Of a stretch of DNA of 64,000 bases, positions 27,373 to 38,107 are shown piece by piece; positions within the stretch are counted from its first letter, which is position 1, and each line of letters opens with the position of its first letter. Made by a program: the position numbers and the translations under genes. This stretch comes from Candidatus Multivorans sp. GTDB lineage: Bacteria; Acidobacteriota; Thermoanaerobaculia; Multivoradales; Multivoraceae. The notes beneath the pieces were generated by a model. That model was not told the origin of the DNA. It saw only the letters and a list, made by a program, of their open reading frames with translations, and did no database searches. The stretch is from positions 2,592,001 to 2,656,000 of the forward strand of contig OZ251997.1 of assembly GCA_965247095.1 (NCBI GenBank). Direction: 5' to 3'.

Positions 27373-27647
27373 CACGGACCCGTTTCCCGGCGCCATCCGA
27401 ATCTGCGGGAGGCGCGGATCTCCCGGAGTTCGGCGTTTGTTTCCTCTCTGGGCCGCGTGGGCGGTGCCTCGCGGAGGCGGGTGATCACTTTCAACATGCG
27501 AAGATGCTCGACCTCGCTCAGCCGGTCGGCCCGGGCTGCGAAGTCGGCTACCGCCTCGCGGACGACCTGACTCTGCGGTTTGCCGAGTCGCTCTGCCGTG
27601 CGGCGGATGCGGCGGACCGTCGCATCATCGAGGGAATACGTGACCAT
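27372..27647 (-). CDS. Ribbon-helix-helix (CopG/VapB-like) antitoxin
   Basis: MVTYSLDDATVRRIRRTAERLGKPQSQVVREAV, an RHH pattern. Confidence 0.8.
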   Translation of the reverse strand: MVTYSLDDATVRRIRRTAERLGKPQSQVVREAVADFAARADRLSEVEHLRMLKVITRLREAPPTRPREETNAELREIRASRRFGWRRETGP

Positions 27648-27691
27648 GACCACAACGCGGCAAATCCTGCCATAGCTGCCGGTGGATTCAC

Positions 27692-28738
27692 CTACCAGGT
27701 GAGCTGACTCTTCATCCAACCCGACGTGTTGTGGAAGTCCGACACGGCGCTGCCCGGCGGCACCAAGGCGTCGCAGGCGGCGGCGATCTCGGGGTCGAGC
27801 GTCATCTCCTGGACCGCCACGAGTTCGTCGAAGTGTTCGCAGGTCCGGGGGCCGATCAGCGGCGCCGTGACGCCCGGCTGGTCCTTGCACCACAGGATCG
27901 CCAGTTGGGCCGGCGTGATCCCGGCCTTGGCCGCGAGCTTGGCGAACTCGACGCCGACCCGGACGGCGCGCTCGGTGACCCGCCGCGCGTAGTACTTGCC
28001 GAGCAGGTCGGCACGGGAGCCTTCGGGGTACTGGTCTGCATCGGCGTAGCGGCCCGCCAGCACGCCCATCCCCAGCGGCGCCCAGGCGAGGATGCCGAGG
28101 CCGTGCTTCTGGCACAGGGGGATCAGCTCGTTCTCGATCCGGCGGTCGAGCAGGTTGTAGGGCGATTGCTCCGACGAGAAACGGGCGTAGCCCTTCATCT
28201 CGCTGACCATCAGCGCTTCCATCACGCTCCAGGCCGGATAGGTCGAACAGCCGATGTACCGGACCTTGCCGGCCCGGACCAGGTCGTCGAAGGCGCGCAA
28301 CGTTTCGTCGATCGGGATGCTGAAGTCGGGGCGGTGGGTCTGGTACAGGTCGATGTGGTCCGTCTGCAGGCGCCGAAGCGCCGCGTCGCACGCGTTGAGA
28401 ATCCCGGCCCGCGAGAGTCCCTGCTCGTTCGCGTTGTGCCCCGCCACGTGCTCCGACCGGGCGAGACCAGTCTGTTCGTCGAACTGGCCGGGATAGACCT
28501 TCGTCGAGATCACGACCTCGTGACGCCGGCCGGTCTCCTTGAGCACGCTGCCGACGATCCGTTCGGCTTTGCCATCGCCGTAGATGTGACCGAGGTCGAT
28601 CAGGTTGACGCCGGAGTCGAGCGTCCGCTCGATGATTCGCCGCGCTTCGTCTTCCGGCGTCACGTCGCCGAAGTTGCTCGTGCCGAGGCCGAGCGGCGAG
28701 ACCTTCAGGCCGGTGCGGCCGAGGGTGCGGTAGTTCAT
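27692..28738 (-). CDS. Aldo/keto reductase
   Basis: YRTLGRTGLKVSPLGLGT, LRRLQTDHIDLYQ, GKVRYIGCS, EQSPYNLLDR. Confidence 0.95.
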   Translation of the reverse strand: MNYRTLGRTGLKVSPLGLGTSNFGDVTPEDEARRIIERTLDSGVNLIDLGHIYGDGKAERIVGSVLKETGRRHEVVISTKVYPGQFDEQTGLARSEHVAGHNANEQGLSRAGILNACDAALRRLQTDHIDLYQTHRPDFSIPIDETLRAFDDLVRAGKVRYIGCSTYPAWSVMEALMVSEMKGYARFSSEQSPYNLLDRRIENELIPLCQKHGLGILAWAPLGMGVLAGRYADADQYPEGSRADLLGKYYARRVTERAVRVGVEFAKLAAKAGITPAQLAILWCKDQPGVTAPLIGPRTCEHFDELVAVQEMTLDPEIAAACDALVPPGSAVSDFHNTSGWMKSQLTW

Positions 28739-28820
28739 TTCAGGGTGGCTCCTCTGTGTTCCGGGGCTGCTGCCAACGAGCTCGTTGGCAACAGGATTGT
28801 TGGCAAGACGAGCCGCCTTC

Positions 28821-29570
28821 CTACATGCGGTCCGCGAGCTGCAGCGCCGGATCGAACAGGCGATTCGGCGCCTCGTCCTCGCCCAGGAGGAACCGGATCT
28901 CGTCGTCGTAGCCGGTCATCTCCCAGCGGCTGAGCGAGATCGGGATGATGCTGCCGGCCAGGAACTCGTCGATGAAGTCTCTGAGCACGAAGTCGTCGCC
29001 GAGTTGCATCGCGCGTTCGCGGAACAGTTTCATGAAGTGGGCCTTGCCGACCACGACGCCGGTGTGGAAGCCGGGGAAGCGCAGGTTGTTCGTAGATGCG
29101 CGCCTCCCGAGGGGCGGCCCAGATCGCGATCGTGGCGAGATCCGAAGCGCCTTCGGTCAGGTTGGACCTGGCCTGTTCGTAGATCTTCGGCACCGCTCGC
29201 AGGGTCGTCCGGTACTCCTCCAACTCTCCGTCGTCGAACGGCGGCTCGAGTTCGAAGAGGGTCCGGAAGCCCGCCATCGCCGGTCCGGCGCCGCCCTGAG
29301 ACATCAGGTAGAACGCGGGATCCCGGGACCACGGCCGGGTCACCCGATGGTGGAAGTCGAGCCCGTTCATCTCGGCGCGGACCAGGTGATGGTCGATCTG
29401 CTCGGAGACGGGCCAGTCGTCGATTTCGATGGCGGCCAGCCGCGCCTTGTAGTCCTCGAGCCCTTGGCGTTGCCGCTCCATCGCCTCGGCGGTGTAGTCG
29501 GACACGCCGCCCACGATCTCGGGCTCCTGGAAGACGCGGAAGTCCTCGAAGAGCTGCAGGAGACATGCGG
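28821..29570 (-). pseudogene. DUF885-like protein remnant (internal deletion plus frameshift)
   Basis: N-terminal DYTAEAM..VRAEMNGLDF..RPWSRDPAFY joins near 29090 to a C-terminal segment in another frame (NLRFPG..GKAHFMKL..GDDFVLRDFIDEFLAGSIIPISL). Confidence 0.7.
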
Positions 29571-29854
29571 GCTCCTTCTCAGCGAAGTGGCGGGTCTTCT
29601 TGGCGTCCGAGAGGGCTACTCACTGGCAAGCTCCGCGATTGACAGGAGTTATCCATGAGGCAATAGTCAGTGTGTGCTCGGCCAGGAGACCGTGCCCGGG
29701 CGTCCCACGTTGGGCATCGCCGACCTCCACCGCCGATGGTACTCCTCGGGCGGAGAGAGGGTGATACCGTGCCCGGCCCCCGGAGGGGCACTGACCTGCC
29801 GGTCACACTCCAGAGGCGATGGACGTCCGGTGCCCCGGACCAGGGTTCGCGGCA

Positions 29855-30622
29855 ATGACTAACTCCTCCCGGCCAAATCGCATTCGCACACTGGCCAACG
29901 CGCCGATTCGCGAGGCGCTGATAGACCTCCGCTGCGAGTTGCCGGAAGGTCAGGACGCCGAGCTGTTGGCCAGATTCGATGCCGCTCATCGGGGGATCGA
30001 GAGCGAGTTCCCCGAGAAGGGGAAGAACTACGCGGCGAGTGTTTCTGCCGAGTTGAAAGAAGGTACGGATCCAGCAGTTGCCGCGACCGCGGCGTTGCGT
30101 GGATACCACTTCAGGAACTCTCAAGGAGACAAGATCGTCCAGTTTCGCCTTGATGGCTTCACTTTCAACAAGCTGCGCCCCTATACGAAATGGGCGCAAC
30201 TCCGGGCGGAGGCTGAGACTCTGTGGACGAAGTACAGGTCGTTGTTGTCGGAAGTTCGGGTTACGAGGGTTGGCGTCCGTTACATCAACGAGATCCAGGT
30301 TGCCCCCGGGGTCGGTTTCGAGACCATCTTCGTAGAGCCCCTGAGACAGCCGCTGGGCTTCGGTCAGGGTCGAATTCGGCAGTCTTTGGAGCGACTTCAA
30401 ATCTCGAGTCACGACGCCTTCGAGAGGACGATAGTGACCCGCCTAGCTAGAGAAGAGAAAGCGGGGTTCACTGTGATCCTCGATATCGACGCCTTTGCCG
30501 TGGCGCCAGATGGGGCCTTCGAGGACTGCGAGGTGTGGGCGCGTATTGACGAACTTCGTAGCCGGAAGAACGAGATCTTCTTCAGCAGTTTGACTGCCAA
30601 CGGAATCGAGAGGTACGCATGA
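29855..30622 (+). CDS. TIGR04255-family protein
   Basis: LANAPIREALIDLR, IVQFRLDGFTFNKLRPYTKW, RVGVRYINEI, ILDIDAF, LRSRKNEIFFSSLT. Confidence 0.8.
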   Translation: MTNSSRPNRIRTLANAPIREALIDLRCELPEGQDAELLARFDAAHRGIESEFPEKGKNYAASVSAELKEGTDPAVAATAALRGYHFRNSQGDKIVQFRLDGFTFNKLRPYTKWAQLRAEAETLWTKYRSLLSEVRVTRVGVRYINEIQVAPGVGFETIFVEPLRQPLGFGQGRIRQSLERLQISSHDAFERTIVTRLAREEKAGFTVILDIDAFAVAPDGAFEDCEVWARIDELRSRKNEIFFSSLTANGIERYA

Positions 30623-31119
30623 GTCTAGTTGCCGTAGAAGCTCAGGATTGGGTGGGACAACTCGGGAGGCGGCGCTCGACGGCTGTTGGGCCGGAGGCGT
30701 TTCGAATCGATAGGGAGGAAGAGACTTCGGAATCAGCAGTCTCCGCATGGCAGTTGTCGAGACAGGATGCCAGGAGGAACCTGTGGGAGATCTTCGAAGA
30801 GGCGTCCGTTCCCGGCTGGGACGGTGACGATGCCAGGCCGCTCTCGCGCCGCGCGAAGGACGCCGTAGTCGATGCTCTCTTCACCCTTGCGCCCCATGTA
30901 CCGATTCCCGAGATAGTGCCTGAGCCCGACGGTGGCGTGGCCATGCAGTGGTCGAGTGGCAGTACGCACTCTCTGATTGTGAGCTTCGGGCCGGATGGCG
31001 ACCTCTATTTCGCCGTTCAGATTCCGGGTCGGCGAGAATCGGGCCGACGCCCTTTCGACGCCCAACTTCCCTCGGATCTGCTGGGGCTCGCGAAGGAGGC
31101 CGCGGCTGACGATCCGTGA
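30619..31119 (+). CDS. Hypothetical protein (WDG..A motif) coupled to the TIGR04255 gene
   Basis: ATGA overlap with the upstream gene; GWDGDDARP...PEIVPEPDGGVAMQW. Confidence 0.7.
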   Translation: MSLVAVEAQDWVGQLGRRRSTAVGPEAFRIDREEETSESAVSAWQLSRQDARRNLWEIFEEASVPGWDGDDARPLSRRAKDAVVDALFTLAPHVPIPEIVPEPDGGVAMQWSSGSTHSLIVSFGPDGDLYFAVQIPGRRESGRRPFDAQLPSDLLGLAKEAAADDP

Positions 31120-31498
31120 TGGGGAGTCCGTTGCCCGGTTCCTCTACACGAAGAGTTACTTCTCCGTCGCCAAGAGGACGGTGAAGCACGCTGCCTTTAT
31201 GCCCCCGAGTGATCTCCGAACGTCGGTCTACCGAATTGACGGGCTGGATGAGACAGGGGTGCGCCAGCTAGCTTCCGAAACATCTCGGAAGACTTCGTTC
31301 AAGGGACACGGGGTTTTCCTGGCGGCTGATGTGCGATCAGTGTCTCAACTGGATGTCGTTCCCGAAACGAGTCAACATCCGCTTCACGCCGACATTGTGG
31401 GTTGGCCGACAGAACGAGAGAAGCGGATTGAACTCGCCCGCCTGCTCGCGGTCAAGGCTGAATTTGTACCGTCAGCGCCGGGACCCAGTTCGGCTTGA
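31106..31498 (+). CDS. Hypothetical protein, third gene of the TIGR04255 module (start uncertain)
   Basis: Overlaps the upstream stop; ESVARFL..AFMPP..TSVYR..HADIVGWP. Confidence 0.65.
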   Translation: MTIRDGESVARFLYTKSYFSVAKRTVKHAAFMPPSDLRTSVYRIDGLDETGVRQLASETSRKTSFKGHGVFLAADVRSVSQLDVVPETSQHPLHADIVGWPTEREKRIELARLLAVKAEFVPSAPGPSSA

Positions 31499-31557
31499 CG
31501 GTGAGGTCGTGTACACGGCCGAATTGACTACCCGGCCGCGGGAGCACTGCTGCCGAT

Positions 31558-33150
31558 CTATGGAATGTTGACCAGGGTGTAGTAGGCCTCCGGGTGGAGA
31601 AGCGGCTCACCGCCCTTGCTCCGGACTCCGTCGAGATGCAGCTCGTGGACGTAGCCGGCACGCAGCGGCTCGACGGTCAGGCGGACGCTCCTCGCGTCGG
31701 CGGCCACCCGAGCGGATCGGATGGCGACCCGCAGCTTGTCGTCCTCGGGCCCGCCGTAGCTCGAGCTGAGGCGATAGGTGTAGCTCTGCATGCGGTAGGT
31801 CGCGGGGTTTCCTGCACTCTCCGGATCCACCGGCCGGGTGAACGTGAGTTCGAAGCCGTCGGGACGGGCCCGCATCTCGTGGACCTCGAACGGCAGGGCG
31901 CCGGTCCAGACGATCCGCTGGAGACCGTGGGGCTCGGGGCCGACGCCGCCCCAGCCGCGGTCCGACATGCCGGCGAAGAGCGATCCGTCGTCAGCGAAGG
32001 CGAGGCGGATCACGCCGCTGTCGAGGCCGCGCCGGAAGTTGAACGCGGCGCCCTGCCAGTGGCCGCCGATCTTCTCCAGGAACACCCGCATGACCATCGC
32101 GTGATGCTGGTCGCCGACGAAGAGCTGGCCGGCGAAGGGCCCGAACTTGCCGCCGGTCGTGTCCCACTTGAGACCGGAGGGGGACTGCCCCATCTTCACG
32201 TAGGGGAACCACACCGACGGCATGCGGAAGTTCGGAATCAGCTCGTGCATGTCCTTCATGAAGGTTCCGCCCTGCGGCTGGCCTTCGGGCGGCGGCTCGA
32301 CCTTGGACTCGGGTAGGTGGGTGGAAGCCATGCCGTGGGGATGACCATGAAAGTCGCCCACATCGATCAGCGAGAGCTTCGAGGCGTTGTTCCACTCGCC
32401 CTGGTTGTCCGTGTAGAAGACCTCGCCCCAGGGGCTGACCTCGACGCCGGCGGGAGAGCGCAGGCCGGCGGCGACGAACTCGGCGTCGCCGCTCGCGGGA
32501 TCGACTCGGACCGCCCAGCCCCGCCAGTCCGCGAACCCGTAGGGCTGGGCGCCGAAGGGGATGTTCAGCGTCACCCAGAGCTTGCCGTCCGGCGTCAGGC
32601 GCGGTCCGAAGACGTACTCGTGGTAGTCGCCGCTGGTTTCCCACGCGTCCGTGACGGTCTCGAAGACATCGGCCCGATCGTCTCCGTCCGTGTCCTTGAG
32701 CCGGGTCAGCTCGCCCCGCTGTGCCGTGTAGATCCAGCCGTCGAGCTCGAGCAGGCCGAGCGGCTGCCCGAGGCCGAAGGCGTACTGCTTGAACGCCGGT
32801 TGCGGCGGGTCGCTGAACGCGTTCTCGACGATGAAGATCTCGCCCCGCCGGGTTCCCGCCATGATGCGGCCGTCCGAGAGCTGCAACAGCCCGCCGACCT
32901 CCATCGACATCCCCTCCTCGAGGGGCATCGTGAGCAGCCGGTAGGACAGCTCCTCCGCGGCGGCCTGCGCGCCGATGGCGTCCTGCTGGCGGGCGAGGAT
33001 CTGCTTCTCGGTCTCCTCGCGCAGGCCATCGTCCAGGGGTTCCTGGGCGAGAAGCGGCAGGGGCAAGCAGATCAGCAGGGCGACCAGCGCTGTGGCGGCG
33101 GCGCGGCCGGGTTGCAAGGTGTTTGCGCTCACGAGGGCCATGGGGATCAC
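31558..33150 (-). CDS. Secreted beta-propeller protein (PVC-type/sorbosone-dehydrogenase-like)
   Basis: Signal peptide, LKDTDGDDRAD, YHEYVFG, AGLRSP, TDNQGEW, FGPFAGQLFVGD. Confidence 0.8.
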   Translation of the reverse strand: MIPMALVSANTLQPGRAAATALVALLICLPLPLLAQEPLDDGLREETEKQILARQQDAIGAQAAAEELSYRLLTMPLEEGMSMEVGGLLQLSDGRIMAGTRRGEIFIVENAFSDPPQPAFKQYAFGLGQPLGLLELDGWIYTAQRGELTRLKDTDGDDRADVFETVTDAWETSGDYHEYVFGPRLTPDGKLWVTLNIPFGAQPYGFADWRGWAVRVDPASGDAEFVAAGLRSPAGVEVSPWGEVFYTDNQGEWNNASKLSLIDVGDFHGHPHGMASTHLPESKVEPPPEGQPQGGTFMKDMHELIPNFRMPSVWFPYVKMGQSPSGLKWDTTGGKFGPFAGQLFVGDQHHAMVMRVFLEKIGGHWQGAAFNFRRGLDSGVIRLAFADDGSLFAGMSDRGWGGVGPEPHGLQRIVWTGALPFEVHEMRARPDGFELTFTRPVDPESAGNPATYRMQSYTYRLSSSYGGPEDDKLRVAIRSARVAADARSVRLTVEPLRAGYVHELHLDGVRSKGGEPLLHPEAYYTLVNIP

Positions 33151-36098
33151 CAGGACAGGGTCACGTCGAGCTGGAGCGTTTCGCCTGGTGCGAGGTCGAT
33201 CCGCTGCAGGAGTTGGCGGACTCCCTGGGACTCCCGGACGAACGTCGCGAGGTCCGCTTCGGAGGCATCGGAGGCAAGGGATACGTCGAGCCGGCCATCG
33301 ACGCTCCAGGAGCGCTCCGACGCCGGCACGATCTCCTCACCCTCGGCCAGCAACAGATAGAGCGGACGGGGGTCCGAGCCGGCGGAGAGCTGGAAGCGGC
33401 GGATCAGATTCGTGCCGCCGCCGCTGTGCAGTGGCGTCGGCGCCTCCTCGATCAGGAGGTCGTGCAGGCGGTAGCGCAGCACCGGTCTGCCCTCGTCGTC
33501 GAGCCGGTAGCCGAGGAAACGGCCGCCCACGTTCCGGTCGGCCCGGCCCGCCGTGGGCCAGGGGCTGTCGATGTCGCCCAGGTCCGCAAAGGCCGGACCC
33601 GGCGGAAGATCCAGCACATCCGTGCCGTAGGGGCCGAAGAACCGGCCCGCGCGGCCCTGCCACGTGCCCTTGGCGTCGAAGAAACCGCCTCGCCAGATCT
33701 TCGCCAGGCGGACGTTGTTCGCGTCGAAGGCGACGTGGACGTTCTCCGGGTAGCCGATGGCGATCGACCGCGGTCCGACATCGATCATGAAGGTGCGGAA
33801 CACGATCGGGCGCTCGTCCGGGACGAGAACCAGCTCGGCGCCGATGTTCGTGCCCTCGGGCGCGGGCATGGAAGTGCCGAGCGAGAGGGCGTTCCAGATC
33901 GCATCGATCTGGCCGTCCATCGAACCGCCGCCGAGATGCTGGAAGTTGACGACGCCTTCGGGCCAGAACGAGGGCATGCGGGTTCCCGGGCGGATCGCGG
34001 CCGGATCCCGCAGGAACCGCGCGACCCATCCGGGCCGCAACCGGTCGTAGACGGTGGCGAGGTCGATGGTCGAGACGCCTTGGGCGGGATGGACGTGAAC
34101 GTTGTGGCACGTGATGCAGCTCATGGACTTCTCGCCCAGCAGTTCAATCCCGTCGCGGGCGGCTTCAGTCGAGAAAACCGGTTCGTCGAGGTCGCCTGCC
34201 GCTGCGTCGACTGCTTCGAGCGCGGCGGCCAATCGTTCGGCCGCGGCCGCGGGGAAGCTCGGCATCCTGACCTCCATGAAGTCGCGGCGGACGTGCAGGT
34301 CGTCGCCGGTCAGGATCGAGCGCAACGCGCCCGGCTTCAGCTTTCCGCCGGCGCCGTGGAGCGGAGGCGGCAGCCGCCCCTCGTCGCCGAGGTCCTGGCC
34401 GCCGACGACGGCGAAGTACGTCGCGCGCACCGGATCCGGGCCGCCGACTTCCGCGTCACCGGCGCGTCGCTGGTGGCAGGCGTAGCAGTTGTAGCTCGCC
34501 ATCGTGTGGACGATCTGGTCGCCGGGCTGCCGCGACTCCGCGAGATGGGAAAGCACCCCGAGTGCGGCCCGGATCGCGCGCCTCTGATGACTGGCGAGCG
34601 GATAGCGCGGCGAGGAGTCGCCCGTGTGCATGCCGGGTCCGTTGACCACGGCGGCCGGATCCAGCTCGGCGAGAGGCGGCGGAGCGGCGACGTCCCGCCG
34701 GTCGGGCTGGATTCCCGAGTAGCCGTGGCACGAGGCGCAGCCGTGGCGAACGAAGAGTCGCGCGCCCCAGCCCGCGTCCTCCGCGTCCCGCGAAACCAGG
34801 GTTCCCCCGTCCGGCCGCAGCCGCACGTTCTCGTAGCTGGTGTAGTCGTCGAGAACAGCGCCCCGGGGGAGGGAAGCGCCCTCGAGGTTGACGCGGAGAA
34901 AGGGCTCTCCCGTGTCGCCGCGAATGAAGTAGGTCACTTCCACCGGGTGATCTCCGGCCTCTAGCTGGAGTCGGATGTCCGCCTCCCGGGCGCTGCCGGC
35001 GGTCTTGGTGGCGACCACCTCGCCGTCAACGGCGAGCGAGGAACCCGAGCGGCGGTCCGAGGCCAGGGTGAACGTGTAAGGGCCTGTCGCCGGCGCCCGC
35101 ATCACGCCGGCAAACCGGTACGCGTGGTTGCCGTAGTTCATCTCGACCGGGAGGCGTAGCGACAGGCCGCGGATCCGACCCTCGGCGGCAGGTTCCATCG
35201 CGTCGAGGTCGGCAGGCGGCCGGTCGAAGAAGCCTCTTACGTCCTCGTCCTGCATGGGATCGAGGAAGTACTCGAACTCGAAGCCTTGCCGCCGCTCGAC
35301 CACCTGCGGTTCCTGTTCCCGCAGCAGGTAGATCGCCAGATCCTCCGCTTCCGCCGGGGTCAGGTACAGGGACGGCATGCGCCCGCCTGGCCTTGTCGAC
35401 CGTGGGTCCAGGAGGAACTTCGAGAGCGCCGCGACCGAGGTCTTGCCGGCAAGATCCGGCAGAGGGACGGAGGGAATGGCCGGTTCGGCGCCGGCAGCCT
35501 CCGGCGCGTGGCAGGCGACGCAGCCGATCGAGTGGAACAGCCTGCGCCCCCGCTCCACCGCGGCCCGGAAGCGGAACACCGGGAACTCATCCGCCACACC
35601 GCCGCTCGCATCGTCGGCCGGGTGTGGGGCCCCGTCCGGCTCGGGCGGCTCTTCCTCGTAGAACAGGTAGCGCGCGATGGAACGCGCGACGCGGTTCCCA
35701 TCCTCGGGGTCGAGAGAGTGCAGGACCTCAGGCATCGTCGAGCCCGGCTTGTGTTCGTCCGGGTCGGCCAGGTAGGCGGTGAGCCACTCGACGGTGACCC
35801 GCTCGTTGAGCTCCGCGAGGTCGGGGGCCGTACGTGTGGGTATCCGTTTCGACACGTCGGGCGTCGGTTCATGGCAGGACAGGCAGTTCAGTTCGCCGAG
35901 CAGCACTTCGCCGAGGGCCGCCTCGCTGGCCGCGCCGGCCAGCCGCAGGTGCTCGTAGCCCGGCACGACCGGCGTCGGCGCGGCCGGAACCGCCGCCTGG
36001 GCCTGAATCGCCGCGCTCAGCGCCGCGGCCAGGACCGGGAAGACGAGCCGGCCGGACCGGCTCGGACGCGGTGCGCGGCGGCCGATCACATCGGCCAC
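33147..36098 (-). CDS. Multi-domain c-type cytochrome with PA14-like insert
   Basis: Five CxxCH (CLSCH, CVACH, CASCH, CYACH, CITCH), several followed by a distal MP motif; PA14-like YRFAG..PATGPYTFTLAS..LEAGDHPVEV. Confidence 0.85.
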   Translation of the reverse strand: MADVIGRRAPRPSRSGRLVFPVLAAALSAAIQAQAAVPAAPTPVVPGYEHLRLAGAASEAALGEVLLGELNCLSCHEPTPDVSKRIPTRTAPDLAELNERVTVEWLTAYLADPDEHKPGSTMPEVLHSLDPEDGNRVARSIARYLFYEEEPPEPDGAPHPADDASGGVADEFPVFRFRAAVERGRRLFHSIGCVACHAPEAAGAEPAIPSVPLPDLAGKTSVAALSKFLLDPRSTRPGGRMPSLYLTPAEAEDLAIYLLREQEPQVVERRQGFEFEYFLDPMQDEDVRGFFDRPPADLDAMEPAAEGRIRGLSLRLPVEMNYGNHAYRFAGVMRAPATGPYTFTLASDRRSGSSLAVDGEVVATKTAGSAREADIRLQLEAGDHPVEVTYFIRGDTGEPFLRVNLEGASLPRGAVLDDYTSYENVRLRPDGGTLVSRDAEDAGWGARLFVRHGCASCHGYSGIQPDRRDVAAPPPLAELDPAAVVNGPGMHTGDSSPRYPLASHQRRAIRAALGVLSHLAESRQPGDQIVHTMASYNCYACHQRRAGDAEVGGPDPVRATYFAVVGGQDLGDEGRLPPPLHGAGGKLKPGALRSILTGDDLHVRRDFMEVRMPSFPAAAAERLAAALEAVDAAAGDLDEPVFSTEAARDGIELLGEKSMSCITCHNVHVHPAQGVSTIDLATVYDRLRPGWVARFLRDPAAIRPGTRMPSFWPEGVVNFQHLGGGSMDGQIDAIWNALSLGTSMPAPEGTNIGAELVLVPDERPIVFRTFMIDVGPRSIAIGYPENVHVAFDANNVRLAKIWRGGFFDAKGTWQGRAGRFFGPYGTDVLDLPPGPAFADLGDIDSPWPTAGRADRNVGGRFLGYRLDDEGRPVLRYRLHDLLIEEAPTPLHSGGGTNLIRRFQLSAGSDPRPLYLLLAEGEEIVPASERSWSVDGRLDVSLASDASEADLATFVRESQGVRQLLQRIDLAPGETLQLDVTLSW

Positions 36099-36589
36099 TC
36101 GAGGCGTTCGGGGGGGACAACGGACGGCTCGTCCGGTCCGGGGAAGGCAGCCGGCACGCCGATCGTCACCTCGCCGGTGGCCGCGTACTCCGTGCCGCGG
36201 GCGAGCGCGGTCTGGAAACCTGTGCAGTCCAGGGAGGCGCCGGCCGGGCCGCGCAGTGAGGCGTAGAGCTCGTCAGCCGCGTGCATCCAGGTGGTCGGCA
36301 GGCCGGCCAGGATGGGGTGGTCGGGCCGATCGTGGATGACCTGGAACTCCCGGATACGGCCGTGCCGGCCGCTCAACCCCTCGTCGGGCGAGGTGCTGAC
36401 GTCTACCGTGAAGCGCCTGGTCCGCTCGAGCGTCGCCCTGACGGCGGCGGTGGTGCGCGCCCAGTCGTGGTTGTTCACGCCGCCGATGATCAGGACCGGA
36501 ATCCTCGCGTCCGCTCCGGCTGATTCGACTCGCGGCGCCGTGCAGCCGCACACCAGAACCAGGATCGCGATGGAGCGAGAAACGAGCAT
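36086..36589 (-). pseudogene. ThuA-like domain protein remnant (internal deletions)
   Basis: VLIIGGVNNHDW, HPILAGLP..W.HAADELY and FQTALARGTEYAATG are present, but the intervening segments appear missing. Confidence 0.6.
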
Positions 36590-36628
36590 TCAATCGGCGG
36601 TTGAACACGATACACGAGGAGATCCGCC

Positions 36629-36672
36629 CCTGGGAACGCGGGCGTCTCGCCCGCATCCGGCGCGGAGCGCCC
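36629..36672 (+). repeat. REP-like palindrome
   Basis: CCTGGGAACGCGGGCG-TCT-CGCCCGCATCCGGCGCGGAGCGCC. Confidence 0.8.
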
Positions 36673-36704
36673 GTCTGGTTGCCGCCGGCAACTAGGATCG
36701 GACG

Positions 36705-38077
36705 GTGAGCGTCGCGAAAGCAGGCTCGGTTGCTCTTGTCCTCGCGATGCTCCTCGCTTGCGCGTCCGACCTGGGCGAGACTTCCGCGCCGCCGGCCGGG
36801 ATCCCCCACCCCGAACTCGCGGAACTCGAACCGCCCCTAGCCCGAGAACTCGAAGCCCGCCGGGCCGGACTCGACGCGCTGCTCGCCGACGAAGCCGCGA
36901 CCGCCAAGGAGCAGGCCCAGGCCTTCGGCGAGCTGGGCCGGCTCTACCAGGCCGAGGAGTCCCTGGCGCGCAGCGGGACGACCAGGGTCGCGATGGCCGA
37001 CCCGCTGATGCACGAATTGACGACCCTGGCGATCGGCGCCTCGCCGCACCTGGCGCGGGGCAATGCCGCCGCGCGGGAGGGCCGGCTGGCGGAAGCGGAG
37101 TCCGCCTACCGGCAGGCTGTGGCAGCCGACGCCGCGAATCCGCGCGCCCATCAGAGCCTGGGTACCGTCCTGGTTCGCCGTGGCAATCCGCAGGCGGCCC
37201 TGGAGCACTTCGGCGCCGCCGTCGCGCTGGAGCCGGAGAATGCCCGCGCGCACTCGGACCTCGGCGTCCTGCTGGGAGAGCTCGGGCAGAACGACCGCGC
37301 CCTGGAACACCTGGGCCGCGCGGTCGAACTCGAGCCTGGGCTGGTGCAGGCACTGCTGAGTCTCGGCAACGTCCAGGCGCGTATCGGTCGCCTGGACGAA
37401 TCGGAAGCGACCTACCGCCGGGTGCTCGAGAGCGACACCGGCAACGGAGATGCCCGGCTCGGACTGGGGGCCGTCCTGGCGCAGACCGGCGACTTCGAGC
37501 AGGCCGTCGTCGAGTTGCAGGAAGCGCTACGGCACGAGCCGGGCGACGAGCGGGCCTCCCGCATCCACTTCGGCCTCGCCGAAGCCCTGGTGCGCACCGG
37601 CCAGCTTGAGGAAGCCCTGGCGCACTACACCCGCGTCCGCGAAATCGATCCCGACCAGGGCCTCGCCTGGCTGCGCGAGGCGACGGTGCTGATGGGCCTC
37701 GAACGTTTCGCCGACGCCAAGGGCGTGCTCGAAGCGCGGCTGGCAGTTGCGCCCGCCGACGACCGCGCCGCTCACTCCCTGGCGAGACTGCTCGCCGGCG
37801 CACCCGACCCGTCGCTCCGCGACGGTCCGCGGGCCCTGGCCATCGCGGGCGTCTGCTCGAAGCAGACAACGCCGCGCCCGAGGCCGAGACCGCCGCGATG
37901 GCCCTGGCTGAAGCCGGCCGCTTCGAGGAGGCGATCGACATCCAGCGCACCCTGGTCCAGGACGCGCGGCGGCTGGAGCGAGCGGGCGAGGAGCGGCGTC
38001 TGGCCCGGAACCTGGACCGGTACGAGCGCGGCGAGGCGTGCTGTGCGCGGGTGGGGGATGTACTTCCGCCGTATTGA
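36705..38077 (+). pseudogene. TPR-repeat lipoprotein, frameshifted near 37850
   Basis: Tandem TPRs. After ALAIAG the expected tail (LLEAD..AETAAMALAEAGRFEEAIDIQ..NLDRYERG) continues in another frame. Confidence 0.7.
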
Positions 38078-38107
38078 GCGGACTGGCGGTCTACCATTGA
38101 GGAGATC

